The notes: generated by a model from the letters alone, not told the origin. Positions 13,121 through 23,633 are shown, numbered from the stretch's first letter. The stretch: DNA of 46,443 nucleotides from Halorhabdus amylolytica (GCF_004944975.1 NZ_SPQG01000001.1:162671-209113), one strand, 5' to 3'. A program made the numbers and translations.

Positions 13121-13996
13121 ATGCTGACGGCGCGGGCGCCGGCCACGAGCGCGAACCTCGGCAGCGGCTTCGATGTCTTCGGGATCGCACTCGAACGGCC
13201 AGCCGATGTCGTCCGCGTCGAGCGCGCCGAGAAGACGACCATCGAGGTTACCGGGGCCGGCAGCCAGTACATCCCCGAGGATCCCGAGAAGAACACCGTG
13301 GGGGCCGTCGTCGACGCGCTCGACGCACCCGCCCACATCAAGATCGATAAGGGAATCCGGCCCGCGTCCGGCCTCGGTTCTTCAGCTGCTAGCGCCGCTG
13401 CCGCGGCGGTCGCGCTGAATGAACTCTACGATCGCGGGAAGTCCCGGAAGGAACTCGTTCCGATCGCCGCCGAGGGAGAGGCAGTCGTCTCCGGGGACGC
13501 ACACGACGACAACGTCGCCCCGGCGATCCTCGGAGGGTTCACGATCGCGACGCCGGGCGGCGTCACACAGATCGATGCTTCGGTCTCGCTGGTCGCCTGT
13601 CTCCCCGAGATCGTCGTCTCGACGCGCGATGCTCGACGGGTGGTGCCCAGCGAGACATCTGTCGACCAGCTCGTCGAGACCGTCGGGAACGCCGCAACGC
13701 TCACCAGCGGGATGCATCGCGATGATCCCGACCTCGTGGGGAGAGGGATGGAAGACAGCGTTGTCACACCTGCCCGAGCGAAGCTGATCGATGGATACGA
13801 CGCCGTCCGCGAACGGGCGCTTGATGCGGGTGCGACGGGCGTCACGATCAGCGGTGCCGGCCCGGCCGTACTGGCCGTCTGTCGACCGGGCGATCAGCGC
13901 GGCGTCGCTTCGGCCATGCTCGACGCCTTCGAGGAAGCAGATGTCGACGCACGGACCTACCAGACGCGGATCGGCGACGGCGCGACACTGTACTGA
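13121..13996 (+). CDS. thrB: Homoserine kinase
   Basis: GHMP kinase. MLTARAPATSANLGSGFDVFG N-terminus. PASGLGSSAASAAAAA ATP-binding motif. Internal ATG at 13121 chosen over the ORF start at 13055. Confidence 0.9.
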   Translation: MLTARAPATSANLGSGFDVFGIALERPADVVRVERAEKTTIEVTGAGSQYIPEDPEKNTVGAVVDALDAPAHIKIDKGIRPASGLGSSAASAAAAAVALNELYDRGKSRKELVPIAAEGEAVVSGDAHDDNVAPAILGGFTIATPGGVTQIDASVSLVACLPEIVVSTRDARRVVPSETSVDQLVETVGNAATLTSGMHRDDPDLVGRGMEDSVVTPARAKLIDGYDAVRERALDAGATGVTISGAGPAVLAVCRPGDQRGVASAMLDAFEEADVDARTYQTRIGDGATLY

Positions 13997-14048
13997 ACGA
14001 GTGACTCGAGACGAAAAGACATCTTACTGGACGGCGATAGGGCCCGGA

Positions 14049-15254
14049 TCAGGCGTCCGGATCGTCACTGCGTGACGTGACCGTTTCGCCAGTCGTCTCC
14101 TTGACCTGGAATCCCCCGGTTTCGGCCCGTCCGGAGAGTTCCCGCTGTGGGAACGGGATCTTGATCCCCTCCCGTTCGAAAGCTGCCTTCACCCCGGTAA
14201 CGACGCCGGAGACTGCGTTCCACTTCCGCGGCGGAGTGGGGTGATCTATCCAGAAACGCATTTCGAGGACGACCGCCGAGTCGCCGAATTTTTTCGGCAC
14301 GATCTGTGGCGGCGGCCCGTCGGCGACCGAATCTACCTCCTTGATCGCTTCCAGGGCGACGGCTTTGGCGCGTTCAGGATCGCTCTCGTAATCGATACCC
14401 ACGTCGACTTTGAGACGAAGGACGCCACGCCGGCTCCGGTTGACGATCGCCTCGTTGCTGACCTTGTCGTTGGGTATGACGACCACCTCGCCATCGAAGT
14501 TCTCCAGACGGGTATTGATGATCGTAATATCGGTGACAACGCCCTCTTCGCCGCCGATCTCGACCCAGTCGCCGATCGTGAACGGCCGGGAGAACATCAA
14601 CACGAACCCGGCGATCAGCGAGCCGAGCGTCTGGCGAGCGGCAAGCCCGACGACGATCCCGAGAAAGCCCGCGCCGACGAGCAGCCCCTGAAGTTCGACA
14701 CCCCAGAGACCAAGCGCGAGCAGCCCGCCAAACAGCAGGATAACTATCTGGCCCATCCGGACGACGATCTCCTGTTGGTGGTCGGTCATCCAGGACGCCT
14801 GTTTCCCGATCCGGCCGATGGCCTGTTTGTACTGATCGGCGATGACGTAGATCGCGCCCGCCAGTACCGCGGTTAGCAACAATTGAAAGACGAGGTCCAT
14901 CGAGAGACCGCTCGATCTTATCAGTGACTCGACCGGAGTGAGAAGGTTCCAGATGATCAACAGGGCGAGTACCTCCAGGATCACCACCGCGAACTGCATG
15001 GTCCGAACGGCGAACCGTCCGATCGTCGTCGGGAGGTACTCCTCGACGACGTCGACGGCATCCGCGAGCCATCCGCCGAGCAGTCGTCGCCTCACTGTCC
15101 GACGAAGCTGTCGAACGACGAACGGAACGATCACCACCCCGACGAGGAGTGCGAGGGCGATCACGCCTGCACTGACCGCCACGCGCCACTCGACAGTCGA
15201 GAGACTCGACAGGAACTCCCCTATCTGGGAGAGTGTCGAGGCGACACTGGCCAT
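14049..15254 (-). CDS. Mechanosensitive ion channel (MscS family)
   Basis: N-terminal TM helices, then the MscS pore/beta-domain motif (FTIGDWVEIGGEEGVVTDITIINTRLENFDGEVVVIPN). Confidence 0.85.
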   Translation of the reverse strand: MASVASTLSQIGEFLSSLSTVEWRVAVSAGVIALALLVGVVIVPFVVRQLRRTVRRRLLGGWLADAVDVVEEYLPTTIGRFAVRTMQFAVVILEVLALLIIWNLLTPVESLIRSSGLSMDLVFQLLLTAVLAGAIYVIADQYKQAIGRIGKQASWMTDHQQEIVVRMGQIVILLFGGLLALGLWGVELQGLLVGAGFLGIVVGLAARQTLGSLIAGFVLMFSRPFTIGDWVEIGGEEGVVTDITIINTRLENFDGEVVVIPNDKVSNEAIVNRSRRGVLRLKVDVGIDYESDPERAKAVALEAIKEVDSVADGPPPQIVPKKFGDSAVVLEMRFWIDHPTPPRKWNAVSGVVTGVKAAFEREGIKIPFPQRELSGRAETGGFQVKETTGETVTSRSDDPDA

Positions 15255-15408
15255 AGTATCCCATGATACGGGGGCTCCCTTGACGGTTGCCTTCGTCGCT
15301 CGGGCAGTCCATCTTTACGACACGTCTATCAGTATCCCGGGACTGAAAATAGGGCGATTGGGGCCGACTTCGGGGATTCGACGTTCCGGTCCGCAAACGA
15401 CACGACTC

Positions 15409-16314
15409 TCAGACGCCCCGGTCCTGCAGCTGTTCCTCTTCGGGCAGGTCGACGTTGGCGTCGCCTTTCATCCCGCCACCGATGTCCGAGGCGATCTCGG
15501 CCAGCCGCTCGGGGTCGTCGTAGTTGTTGACGGCCTCGACGATCGCTTCGCCCATGGCCTGGGGATCCTCCGCACCGAAGATACCAGACCCGACGAAGAT
15601 GCCGTCACACTCGTGATACATCATCAGCGCGGCGTCGGCGGGGGTCGCGATCCCGCCCGCGGCGAAGTTGACGACCGGCAGCCGACCCATCTCGGCGGTT
15701 TCGTGGACCAGGTCGGCGGGCGCTTCGTGCTCGCGTGCCCAGGCCTCGCGTTCCTCGTGGCTCATGCCCTCCAGCTTCCGGATGGCGCCCTTGATCGTCC
15801 GCTGGTGGTGGACGGCCTGGTTGACGTCGCCCGTTCCGGCCTCGCCTTTCGTCCGGATCATCGCCGCGCCCTCGTCGATTCGTCGCAAGGCCTCACCGAG
15901 ATTGCGCGCGCCACAGACGAACGGCGTCGTGAACTCCCGCTTTTCGATGTGATAGGCGTCGTCGGCGGGGGTCAACACCTCGCTCTCGTCGACCATGTCG
16001 ACGCCGATGGCCTCCAGAATTTCGGCCTCCTTTGTGTGGCCGATCCGGGACTTGCCCATCACCGGAATCGAAACTTCCTCGATGATCTCCGTTACGTCCG
16101 CGGGGTCGGCCATCCGCGCAACACCACCGCGCTTGCGGATGTCCGCCGGGACGGCCTCCAGGGCCATGACGGCGACCGCACCCGCGTCCTCGGCGATACG
16201 GGCCTGTTCCGGGCTGACGACGTCCATGATGACGCCGCCTTTCTGCATCTTCGCGAAGCCGCGCTTGACGAGTTCGGTACCCCGACGCAGGTCTTCGAGA
16301 TCGGTTTCCGTCAT
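15409..16314 (-). CDS. pdxS: Pyridoxal 5'-phosphate synthase lyase subunit
   Basis: Highly conserved Pdx1/PdxS sequence (GGVIMDVV...ALE..PADIR..GGVARM..P). 301 aa. Confidence 0.95.
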   Translation of the reverse strand: MTETDLEDLRRGTELVKRGFAKMQKGGVIMDVVSPEQARIAEDAGAVAVMALEAVPADIRKRGGVARMADPADVTEIIEEVSIPVMGKSRIGHTKEAEILEAIGVDMVDESEVLTPADDAYHIEKREFTTPFVCGARNLGEALRRIDEGAAMIRTKGEAGTGDVNQAVHHQRTIKGAIRKLEGMSHEEREAWAREHEAPADLVHETAEMGRLPVVNFAAGGIATPADAALMMYHECDGIFVGSGIFGAEDPQAMGEAIVEAVNNYDDPERLAEIASDIGGGMKGDANVDLPEEEQLQDRGV

Positions 16315-16401
16315 TGTTTCCGGGTTGGCTATGGATTCACTTAACGAGTCGCTTTCGCGCGTCGGAAGGTGAGTCAGAGTGATCTGTCCAGCAGCACCCG
16401 A

Positions 16402-16614
16402 TCACTCGTCGCTGTCGGACTCCGACTCGCGCCAGAAGAGCTCCTCAACAGTCGTATCGAAGAACTCGGCGAGATCGAAGGCGAGTTCGAGCCGTGGGTC
16501 GTACCGTCCCTGTTCGATTGCGCCGATAGTCTGTCGCGTCACGTCGAGGGCCTCGGCGAGATCCTCCTGGGTCAGATTGCGTTTGACCCGTCGAACTTCG
16601 ATGTCGTTATCCAT
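16402..16614 (-). CDS. XRE-family helix-turn-helix transcriptional regulator
   Basis: 70 aa. [26 protein letters not shown]_3 signature. Immediately downstream of the DUF2178-like membrane gene, a known pairing. Confidence 0.85.
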   Translation of the reverse strand: MDNDIEVRRVKRNLTQEDLAEALDVTRQTIGAIEQGRYDPRLELAFDLAEFFDTTVEELFWRESESDSDE

Positions 16615-16626
16615 GCGTTCAGACCG

Positions 16627-17190
16627 TCAATTGTGCATCTGCAAGTAGCGGAACGCCCCGTACCAGCCGAACAGACCGATGCCAGTGACCGCCGCCAGGG
16701 TCGCCTCTCCCGAGAACGTGTACACACCGAACTCTCGGGCCCATAGCAGCGCACCGCCGAGTACCACAATCGCCATCAGAACCCAAAACGCGGCCTTGTA
16801 CGCTAGCAACTGCATCCGCTCGTCGGTCTGAGTGACTGTCGTCTCCGTCTCCCGGCGATGGATCCAGTAGACGACAGCCGGAATCAAAAACACCAGAAAC
16901 GCCATCTGGGCGGTGTCACCTGTTCCGAGAAAAGGTGTGATCCCGACCGAGCCCAGGCCAACACCCAGAAACGTCGCCACGAGCGCCAGTGTCCGTCGCC
17001 GCGAAACGTAACCTGCCTGCCAGCGGAATGCGACCGCTCCTGACAGCCCGACGAGGACACCGCCCACGAGCGTCAGGCCGACTCCCGGCAGATAGCTGAG
17101 GCTCGATTCCAGTACCAGCGCGTAGCCGGCACCGAACGCTGACACCCCGACCGCGAACAGCCCAATTGCCACCCATGTGTCGCGCTTCAT
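16627..17190 (-). CDS. DUF2178-like four-TM membrane protein
   Basis: 187 aa with four predicted TM helices. Classic partner of the small XRE regulator encoded 12 nt downstream. Confidence 0.7.
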   Translation of the reverse strand: MKRDTWVAIGLFAVGVSAFGAGYALVLESSLSYLPGVGLTLVGGVLVGLSGAVAFRWQAGYVSRRRTLALVATFLGVGLGSVGITPFLGTGDTAQMAFLVFLIPAVVYWIHRRETETTVTQTDERMQLLAYKAAFWVLMAIVVLGGALLWAREFGVYTFSGEATLAAVTGIGLFGWYGAFRYLQMHN

Positions 17191-17287
17191 ATGTGAAGGT
17201 TGTTTTCCGCTATGTTAATGAAGCTTTCCATTGCCGGACCACGTGTGATCCTCGGTTTTATCCAGCGGAACGTGACCAGATGCAGGC

Positions 17288-18529
17288 GTGTTCGATCTCG
17301 GCATCAGAATCGCTTTCGCCCCGGAAGCCACCTTGCTCGCCGTTAGCGCCATCGCGGGCGGGATCTGCCTGGGGACGATCAGTGGGCTGACGCCCGGCTT
17401 GCACGCCAACAACTTCGCGCTGTTACTGGCGGGGGTCGCCCCAAGCGTGCCGCTTCCACCGCGATTGATCGGCGCAGCGATGCTCGCCGCGGGCGTCGTC
17501 CACACGTTCCTGGATTTCGTGCCCGCGCTGGCACTCGGCGTCCCGGACCCGGCCATGGCCGCCTCGGCGCTTCCCAGTCATCGCCTCGTCCTCGGCGGTC
17601 GCGGCCGTGAAGCGCTCCGACTGTCAGCGCTCGGAAGTGGACTGGCAGTCGTCTTCGCGCTGCCGCTTGCGATCCCGGTGACGCTCGCGATGCTCGAAAT
17701 CTATCCCGTACTCGCCGAGCGGCTGCCCGTCGTCCTGACGATCATTGCCGCGGCGGTGATCGCAACCGAGCCGACGAATCACGCTCGCAAGGCCGCGCTG
17801 CTGTCGTTCGTCGTCAGTGCACTCCTCGGGGTAATGACACTGAACGTGCCTGCCGATGGCATCCTCTCGGTCGGCAGCATGCTCGCGCCGCTGTTCGGCG
17901 GACTGTTCGGTGCGCCAGTACTGATCGACGCGATGCGTGGATCCGGCGTCCCGAGACAGGACGATCCGGCCGTCCGGACGACGCGGACGTCGGTCGGTGG
18001 TCTCGCATTACTGGGCACCGTCTCGGGGGCGATCGTCGGCTACCTTCCGGGCGTCTCCAGCGCCATCGCGGCAACGCTGGCACTGGTCAGTGCCCCGTCG
18101 AAGTACGGCAGCCGCGGGTTCGTCGTGACCACGAGCGGCGTCAATACGTCGAACACCCTCTTTGCGCTCTGTGCATTGCTCGCCTTCGGCAACCCACGGA
18201 CCGGGGTGCTGGTCGCGCTCGATCGCTCAGGTGCGCCGCTGGCCTGGCCGCTTCTCGTGGCGGCCGTTCTCATCGCCGCGGCAGTCGGATTCGTCCTCGT
18301 CGTCGTGGTCGGCGACTGGTACATCGGGGCTGTCCGACGACTCGATCACGTCCGGCTGTCTGCCGGCGTGCTCGTCGTGCTGGCAGTGCTCTCGGGGCTG
18401 TTCGCCGGTCTGATCGGCGTCGCCGTCTACGGTGTCAGTACCCTGATTGGCCTGATCCCTGCCAGATTGGGTGCTCGGCGTGTCTCGCTGATGGGAGTGT
18501 TGATCGGGCCGTTGATCCTGGGTGTGTGA
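17288..18529 (+). CDS. TctA-like (DUF112) multi-pass membrane permease, tripartite tricarboxylate transporter family
   Basis: 413-aa highly hydrophobic ORF with the typical G-rich helices and PGL motif of the TctA family. Confidence 0.65.
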   Translation: MFDLGIRIAFAPEATLLAVSAIAGGICLGTISGLTPGLHANNFALLLAGVAPSVPLPPRLIGAAMLAAGVVHTFLDFVPALALGVPDPAMAASALPSHRLVLGGRGREALRLSALGSGLAVVFALPLAIPVTLAMLEIYPVLAERLPVVLTIIAAAVIATEPTNHARKAALLSFVVSALLGVMTLNVPADGILSVGSMLAPLFGGLFGAPVLIDAMRGSGVPRQDDPAVRTTRTSVGGLALLGTVSGAIVGYLPGVSSAIAATLALVSAPSKYGSRGFVVTTSGVNTSNTLFALCALLAFGNPRTGVLVALDRSGAPLAWPLLVAAVLIAAAVGFVLVVVVGDWYIGAVRRLDHVRLSAGVLVVLAVLSGLFAGLIGVAVYGVSTLIGLIPARLGARRVSLMGVLIGPLILGV

Positions 18530-18722
18530 GCGTGTCGACGATCGGTTTTCGACTGGAGGTCAGTAATCGACCGATTTCCCTTCCGATTTCAATTTTTCAT
18601 ACGTTCGATGGTGATCTGGATAAGCTATCGCATCGAACTACCGACGATCCGGGCCATCAATCCGAGAAGAAAATGACGCTGATTGCTGTTAGCAAGTATA
18701 TTGTCAGGTCAGGAAGAGGGGC

Positions 18723-20033
18723 CTACCGTAGTCCGTTGATAGCTGCGTTCATGACCCGATCATCAGTGTCGATGCGGCGACCCCGAAGAATCTCGTCCGC
18801 ACGTTCATCGTCGATCTCGGCACAGACTTCACAGACTGCAAGTCTGATCTCGGCATCGTCAGCGGCGGCGTGGCGCTCAAGAAGTGTGAACGCTTGATCA
18901 GGGACGCCATCGGACTGAAGGTCGTCACCCAGTTCACGGATCTCGGCCGCTGTCAGGTCGTCATTTTCGAGATCTGTGAGCCGTGCTTCGAGAGACGCCG
19001 CTTCTCGTTCGTTTTTCGGTTGATCAGCGCCCGATGAACGCTCTTCCGAGGGATCTGTCTCCGATAGTTCTTCGTCCTCTGGCGGCGATTCCGTTGCCGT
19101 TGCTGTATCTGTTGACGCCTGGGCTGCCGTCGTTTCGTCCACCGACGTATCCGGATCTACCGCCCCCTTCGATGGAGAGCCGGCTGTAGAAACTGTATCC
19201 GTTGCAGATGGAGTCTCAGTGGAAGCGGTGGTTTTCTCGTCATTCACCGAACGGGGTTCGGGGGAAGATGTTGTCTCCGTTGGATCCACGGACGCCGTCG
19301 ATTCTTCTGCCCGAGCAACGTCATCGACTGATCCCGGGTTGAAAACGGCGTGGCGCCCTTTCCATCCGGCACGGAGAATCCCACCGAGCAGTGCGAATTG
19401 ACCGAGAGTAATGAGAAACAGCAGTGGCTGGTCGAATCCCGGAGATTCTCCCACGAAAACGCCAAACGTAGGAAGGATTCCGATAAACGAAACGAACGAG
19501 CCGAGTGTGAAGATCAGTGCGAACGCGAACGCGATGCCCCATGTGACTTTCCTCCGAACGCGGGCGACCACCGCAAAGAGACCGGGCAAGAGTGCGACCT
19601 GGAAGGAACCCACCAACAGATCCCCGATGGAGATGTACTCCAATGCACCGACACTCAGGACGATCAGAATTGGGATGAAGAATGAATACCCGGTGTATGC
19701 CGCGTAAAAAGTCTTGAAACGACCAAATTGACGTTCAACATCGGCATCCGGAAGCGCTTGCTCCGGCTCCTCGGAATCGTGTCGTGTTTCCTCCAAAGGA
19801 GGTTGCTCCCTGTTTACTTCCTGTTGATGGGTTGGTGACTCCGACCGGTCGTTGGCCGCTGCTTCGGCAGTCTCTCTGGCAGTACTCGTGGCACCAGCAG
19901 CTGCGTTTGCAGCCTTGCGCGAGCCACCGACGAGTTTGAGGATCGCTGTTTTGATTTTCCGAAACACTGACAACGCGATGAAGAGGGGTGCGAGGGCGCT
20001 CTTGATCGGCGCCATCAACAATCGTTTGAGCAT
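18723..20033 (-). CDS. Membrane protein with an S/T/E-rich linker and C-terminal HEAT-like repeats (operon gene D)
   Basis: 436 aa. N-terminal amphipathic segment, about four TM helices, then a long low-complexity acidic S/T-rich region and terminal HEAT-like repeats (DAEIRLAVCEVCAEIDDERADEIL). Its start overlaps the stop of the bactofilin-like gene. Confidence 0.6.
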   Translation of the reverse strand: MLKRLLMAPIKSALAPLFIALSVFRKIKTAILKLVGGSRKAANAAAGATSTARETAEAAANDRSESPTHQQEVNREQPPLEETRHDSEEPEQALPDADVERQFGRFKTFYAAYTGYSFFIPILIVLSVGALEYISIGDLLVGSFQVALLPGLFAVVARVRRKVTWGIAFAFALIFTLGSFVSFIGILPTFGVFVGESPGFDQPLLFLITLGQFALLGGILRAGWKGRHAVFNPGSVDDVARAEESTASVDPTETTSSPEPRSVNDEKTTASTETPSATDTVSTAGSPSKGAVDPDTSVDETTAAQASTDTATATESPPEDEELSETDPSEERSSGADQPKNEREAASLEARLTDLENDDLTAAEIRELGDDLQSDGVPDQAFTLLERHAAADDAEIRLAVCEVCAEIDDERADEILRGRRIDTDDRVMNAAINGLR

Positions 20034-20036
20034 GGT

Positions 20037-20822
20037 TTAGATGACTTCGGGATATTGTGATTCGTCCACACCCAGCGTCTCTAGCAGGGCCCCTGCCGGC
20101 GGAACCTCCTCTGCCGATGTGGCGGTGGCGACTTCCTGAAGCACACCTTCGAGTTCGTCCAGTCGGTCGGTGACTTTCTCGAGGTTGAGAATCCGCGGAG
20201 TGAGAGACAGATACGTCGACTCCTCGACTTCGATGAGGTCCTCTCCATCCATGGTTGGCATCGACCCGTCGCCGAGTTCCAATCGACCAAGGCCAGTGAC
20301 AGTGACTGGCGTGACCAGTTCGAGTTCACCTTCCACGATGGCCTGTGGTAACACTGTCGAGAGTTGCTCTAGTTTCGTCTCACCATATGACTTGAACGTA
20401 TAACAGAGTGAATCCTGTGCAGTTAGTTTCCGTTCAGCGGTGACGACGCCGATGACCGCACAGTTTTCGAGAATGACGTCCATCCCGACGACGTTTCCGT
20501 AGACGATTGCGTTTTTGAGCCGGATCCGAGTACCAGTTACCGTGCCATGCACAGTCATTCCGGATCCGACGACTTTTCCGTCGGTTCCGACTTCCCCCTG
20601 AACGGTCCCACCCTCGAATTCGACGCTCTCGGATCCCATCACGGATCCTTCGACAGTCCCACTTTCAATAGCGACAGTTTCCCCGTAAACGCTTCCCTGA
20701 ACAGTCGCCCCGTCGTAAATCCTGACCGGCCGCCCGATCTCCGCTTTGGTAGTTGGGACGATCTTGCCGTCGTATGTCTCTCCCGCTTCGACGACAGCAC
20801 GCGTTTTTTCTATCGAAGCCAT
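20037..20822 (-). CDS. Bactofilin-like polymer-forming cytoskeletal protein (operon gene C)
   Basis: Repetitive beta-helix sequence (VQGSVYGETVAIESGTVEGSVMGSESVEFEGGTVQGEVGTDGKVVGSGMTVHGTVTGT...IVYGNVVGMDVILENCAVIGVV) typical of the bactofilin/DUF583 fold, plus an acidic C-terminal extension. Start and stop are directly abutted to the neighbouring genes. Confidence 0.7.
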   Translation of the reverse strand: MASIEKTRAVVEAGETYDGKIVPTTKAEIGRPVRIYDGATVQGSVYGETVAIESGTVEGSVMGSESVEFEGGTVQGEVGTDGKVVGSGMTVHGTVTGTRIRLKNAIVYGNVVGMDVILENCAVIGVVTAERKLTAQDSLCYTFKSYGETKLEQLSTVLPQAIVEGELELVTPVTVTGLGRLELGDGSMPTMDGEDLIEVEESTYLSLTPRILNLEKVTDRLDELEGVLQEVATATSAEEVPPAGALLETLGVDESQYPEVI

Positions 20823-21749
20823 TCAGGACCCCCCTTCCGTCGCGACGGTGATTTGCTCCCCTACCGCATCGTTTACCGTCTCATCGTACGAGAGAAGGGG
20901 TCGACCGTCTTCGATGTGTGATTCGAGGGAGTTTGTGATCGTCGATCCGTCGACGGTTTTGGTATCCGTATGCTGGAGGTCTGTCCGTCCGGTCAGTTGA
21001 TCCATTCCGGGAAGAGGATCGAGTGAGACCGACACAGGACCGTCTTGGGAAGTCGTTTGGGAGGGCGCAACGACGTGTTGCTCGGTACCGTCTCCTGTCT
21101 CGACAGTAACGACGTAGTAAGGTACCTGGATCGTCACCGGTTCCGAGCGTGGGAGGTCGAAGTCCGTTCGAGTCTGTCGAATGCGATCGACGAGTTCGTT
21201 CTGCTGGCTGACGAAATCGTGAATATCCGCGATCACTTCACCCGTCGTCGACTCGATCTGGTCGTGGCGTTGCCTTTCTGTCACTTGATTCTGTGACTGG
21301 AGGTTCCGCCACGTCGTCGTAACGTGCTCGACGAAGGGTTCCTCGATACCGTCCTCGAACTCGTCTTCGTCGATTTCGAAGATATGCGCACCGAGATCTC
21401 TGATGCGCTTTGCGGCCTTATCGTCGAGTTCCTCGTGCTTTCGTTCGTACCGCTCACCGATCCGTTCCAGTTGACGCTCCAGTTCGTCCCGTTCGGCCTC
21501 GATTCGATCCTGTTCCGCAGTAATCTGGGGCTTTATTTCCCGCACCTCCGCGACACGTTCCATCATTTTGATTTCGGCCTGTGCCTGGATCGTGTCGCCG
21601 ATCGCTTCAATGATCTCTTCGACGCCGTTAGTGATGGCCGTATGGACCTTCTCTACCTCGCCCCTGACTTCTTTAATCGACTTGAGAATGTCCCCAGCCG
21701 TTCTGTGGATCTTCTTCAGGATCGGATGCAGATCGTCGTTTCCAGCCAT
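20823..21749 (-). CDS. Coiled-coil protein (operon gene B)
   Basis: 308 aa. The N-terminal 120 aa are strongly helical and charged heptads, followed by a globular acidic C-terminus. Start ATG is 1 nt from the stop of the upstream gene. Confidence 0.55.
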   Translation of the reverse strand: MAGNDDLHPILKKIHRTAGDILKSIKEVRGEVEKVHTAITNGVEEIIEAIGDTIQAQAEIKMMERVAEVREIKPQITAEQDRIEAERDELERQLERIGERYERKHEELDDKAAKRIRDLGAHIFEIDEDEFEDGIEEPFVEHVTTTWRNLQSQNQVTERQRHDQIESTTGEVIADIHDFVSQQNELVDRIRQTRTDFDLPRSEPVTIQVPYYVVTVETGDGTEQHVVAPSQTTSQDGPVSVSLDPLPGMDQLTGRTDLQHTDTKTVDGSTITNSLESHIEDGRPLLSYDETVNDAVGEQITVATEGGS

Positions 21750-21750
21750 C

Positions 21751-23331
21751 TCAGGCTCCCCTCCGTTCGGGCCGGTTCTCGTTGTTCCGTTCGATTGCGT
21801 TGACGACTCTTGCGGTGTTGACGTTTTCCGCTACCTGTTTTCGAGCTGCTCGATTCTCCTGAAGTGCCTGTTGAGCGGCGAGGAACTCACGCTGTCGCTG
21901 TCGTTCCTCCTCACGCATCATCTCGGCTTTCTTTTCAGCCTGCTTTTCTGCCTCTTCGATCCGATCTTCCACGATACCTTCTGTTTCTTCCAGCACGCGC
22001 TCGGTTTCTGCATCGATCTCTTCGAACGCTTCAGCGACGTCCCGTTCGAACTGATCTAATCTCTGTTCGTTTATCCGTTCGTATTTGTCCATGAGATCAC
22101 TCATGACCTCGACGGTGCCTTGCTTTGCACGGGCCTCCGTCTGTAGATCCCGAATCTTCGATCGAATGTCCTTGATCCGTTCCTCGACGGTCCGAATCTC
22201 CTCTCGTTGTTGTTCGTACTCCCGTTCTTTCAACTCGGCTTTTTGATCCTCGATCGATTCGTAAATCTGCCGGCGCTCGTCGTCTTTTTCGATCCAGAGT
22301 TGCTCCCAGACATCGAGAACGATATCGTCCCGAATCCGGTGGCGGGGAATCCCTTCCGATGGTGCGAACGACGACCGGCACGTCTGACAGTACCATTCAC
22401 CGTCGTCACGCACTTCGAGACGTGATTCGATCTCGTCTCTCATACAGTCCGGACAATAGAAGTGATGAGAAACGAGTCCGAACATATCCCCTGCCGTTTG
22501 AATGTGTTCGTTGAGCAATTCTGTCGCCGTCTCCTGGAGGCCAGACAGATCGTTTGCGATGCGACGGCTCTGCTCACTCACGTTGAGCAGCACTGATTCG
22601 CCGTGATCTTCGTTGGCCATCGACTCGAATTCGTCAAACGTCTGCACCTGTTGTGCCGCCTCTTGGCGTGACAATGAGACGCCGCCGGCATCGACAACAC
22701 CCTCGTCGGCTACAGATGCTAGCCGCGAAAGTGATTCGACAGCCGGATCGTCGTTTTGCAGGACTGGTGAGGTGACTTCGTGTGTCTGACTGTTCTCGAT
22801 CTCGGCCTTGATCGAGTTGAGAGTCTCAACGAACTCACTTTCGACGTCCGTTTCCTCAGTCATCACGACGGGAAAATCCTGGATCGAATCGAGCGTCTGT
22901 TCGACGTTCTGAGCACGTTCGGGTTCTTCGAGGAGATTCAATTGAAACTGTTCTGACTTGATCGATTCGGTAGCATCGAAAACGACTGTCCCATCATCGT
23001 CTGGCACCAGATGACCTGTCCAATATCCCGTTTCGACTGACGAAACGGTCACGTCAGGACTTCGAGTGCGGACGTAAGCGCTGGCGCCGACTCCCGCGAC
23101 GATTCCACCCCCAGCTATCAGTAATCCTATCCCCGCTTGGCCAGTCCCAACGAGCGCGATCCCCACGATAGTTGCAACAGTGGCAATCGCGAGAGCGATC
23201 TTTAAATACGACCACTGTTGTTCGTAGTGCTCTTCGAGATCGTTTCCGATCACCTCGTGGATCGCGAGCGCACGGGCTTGTTGTTCGTCCAAACGGTTTG
23301 CATCACTAAATACAACAGACGGTATCCGCAT
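21751..23331 (-). CDS. Membrane-anchored zinc-ribbon and long coiled-coil protein (operon gene A)
   Basis: ORF 21751..23487. Start MRIPSVVF at 23331 preferred (rc verified). Two TM helices (IALAIATVATIVGIALVGTG, IGLLIAGGGIVAGVGASAYV). C4 zinc ribbon (YCPDC...YCQTC). About 170-aa E/R/K-rich coiled-coil tail. Confidence 0.6.
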   Translation of the reverse strand: MRIPSVVFSDANRLDEQQARALAIHEVIGNDLEEHYEQQWSYLKIALAIATVATIVGIALVGTGQAGIGLLIAGGGIVAGVGASAYVRTRSPDVTVSSVETGYWTGHLVPDDDGTVVFDATESIKSEQFQLNLLEEPERAQNVEQTLDSIQDFPVVMTEETDVESEFVETLNSIKAEIENSQTHEVTSPVLQNDDPAVESLSRLASVADEGVVDAGGVSLSRQEAAQQVQTFDEFESMANEDHGESVLLNVSEQSRRIANDLSGLQETATELLNEHIQTAGDMFGLVSHHFYCPDCMRDEIESRLEVRDDGEWYCQTCRSSFAPSEGIPRHRIRDDIVLDVWEQLWIEKDDERRQIYESIEDQKAELKEREYEQQREEIRTVEERIKDIRSKIRDLQTEARAKQGTVEVMSDLMDKYERINEQRLDQFERDVAEAFEEIDAETERVLEETEGIVEDRIEEAEKQAEKKAEMMREEERQRQREFLAAQQALQENRAARKQVAENVNTARVVNAIERNNENRPERRGA

Positions 23332-23633
23332 ATCTGTTAGCCCCTGTCTGAACTTACATAAGTTATTCCCCGATCCATTCACTCCAATTATAGGTATATA
23401 GTAATGTAATAAATCTAATTTAAGGACATATGTAGATAGCCAGATCGGCGATATAATCTGTTGTACTCGATGAAACGTTCTGGTCATATAGTAGATGAGA
23501 AGTAATATAAAATCCGTAGATATATAGAAGAGAACATTTCACTCATCCATATTTTTGATATAAAATATTGCGGCCAAGATCATCCTTCAACTGGAGTGGA
23601 GTCGCCGAGTTGTTGAACGGGGAGTGAAAATAT
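23332..23633 (-). promoter_or_regulatory. Strongly AT-rich intergenic region carrying the presumptive promoter of the four-gene bactofilin operon
   Basis: About 300 bp at roughly 30% GC in a high-GC genome, with multiple TATA-like runs (tatatagtaatgtaataaatctaatttaagg, tatataaaatcc, ttttgatataaaatattg). Lies between the kinase stop and the gene A start. Confidence 0.4.
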
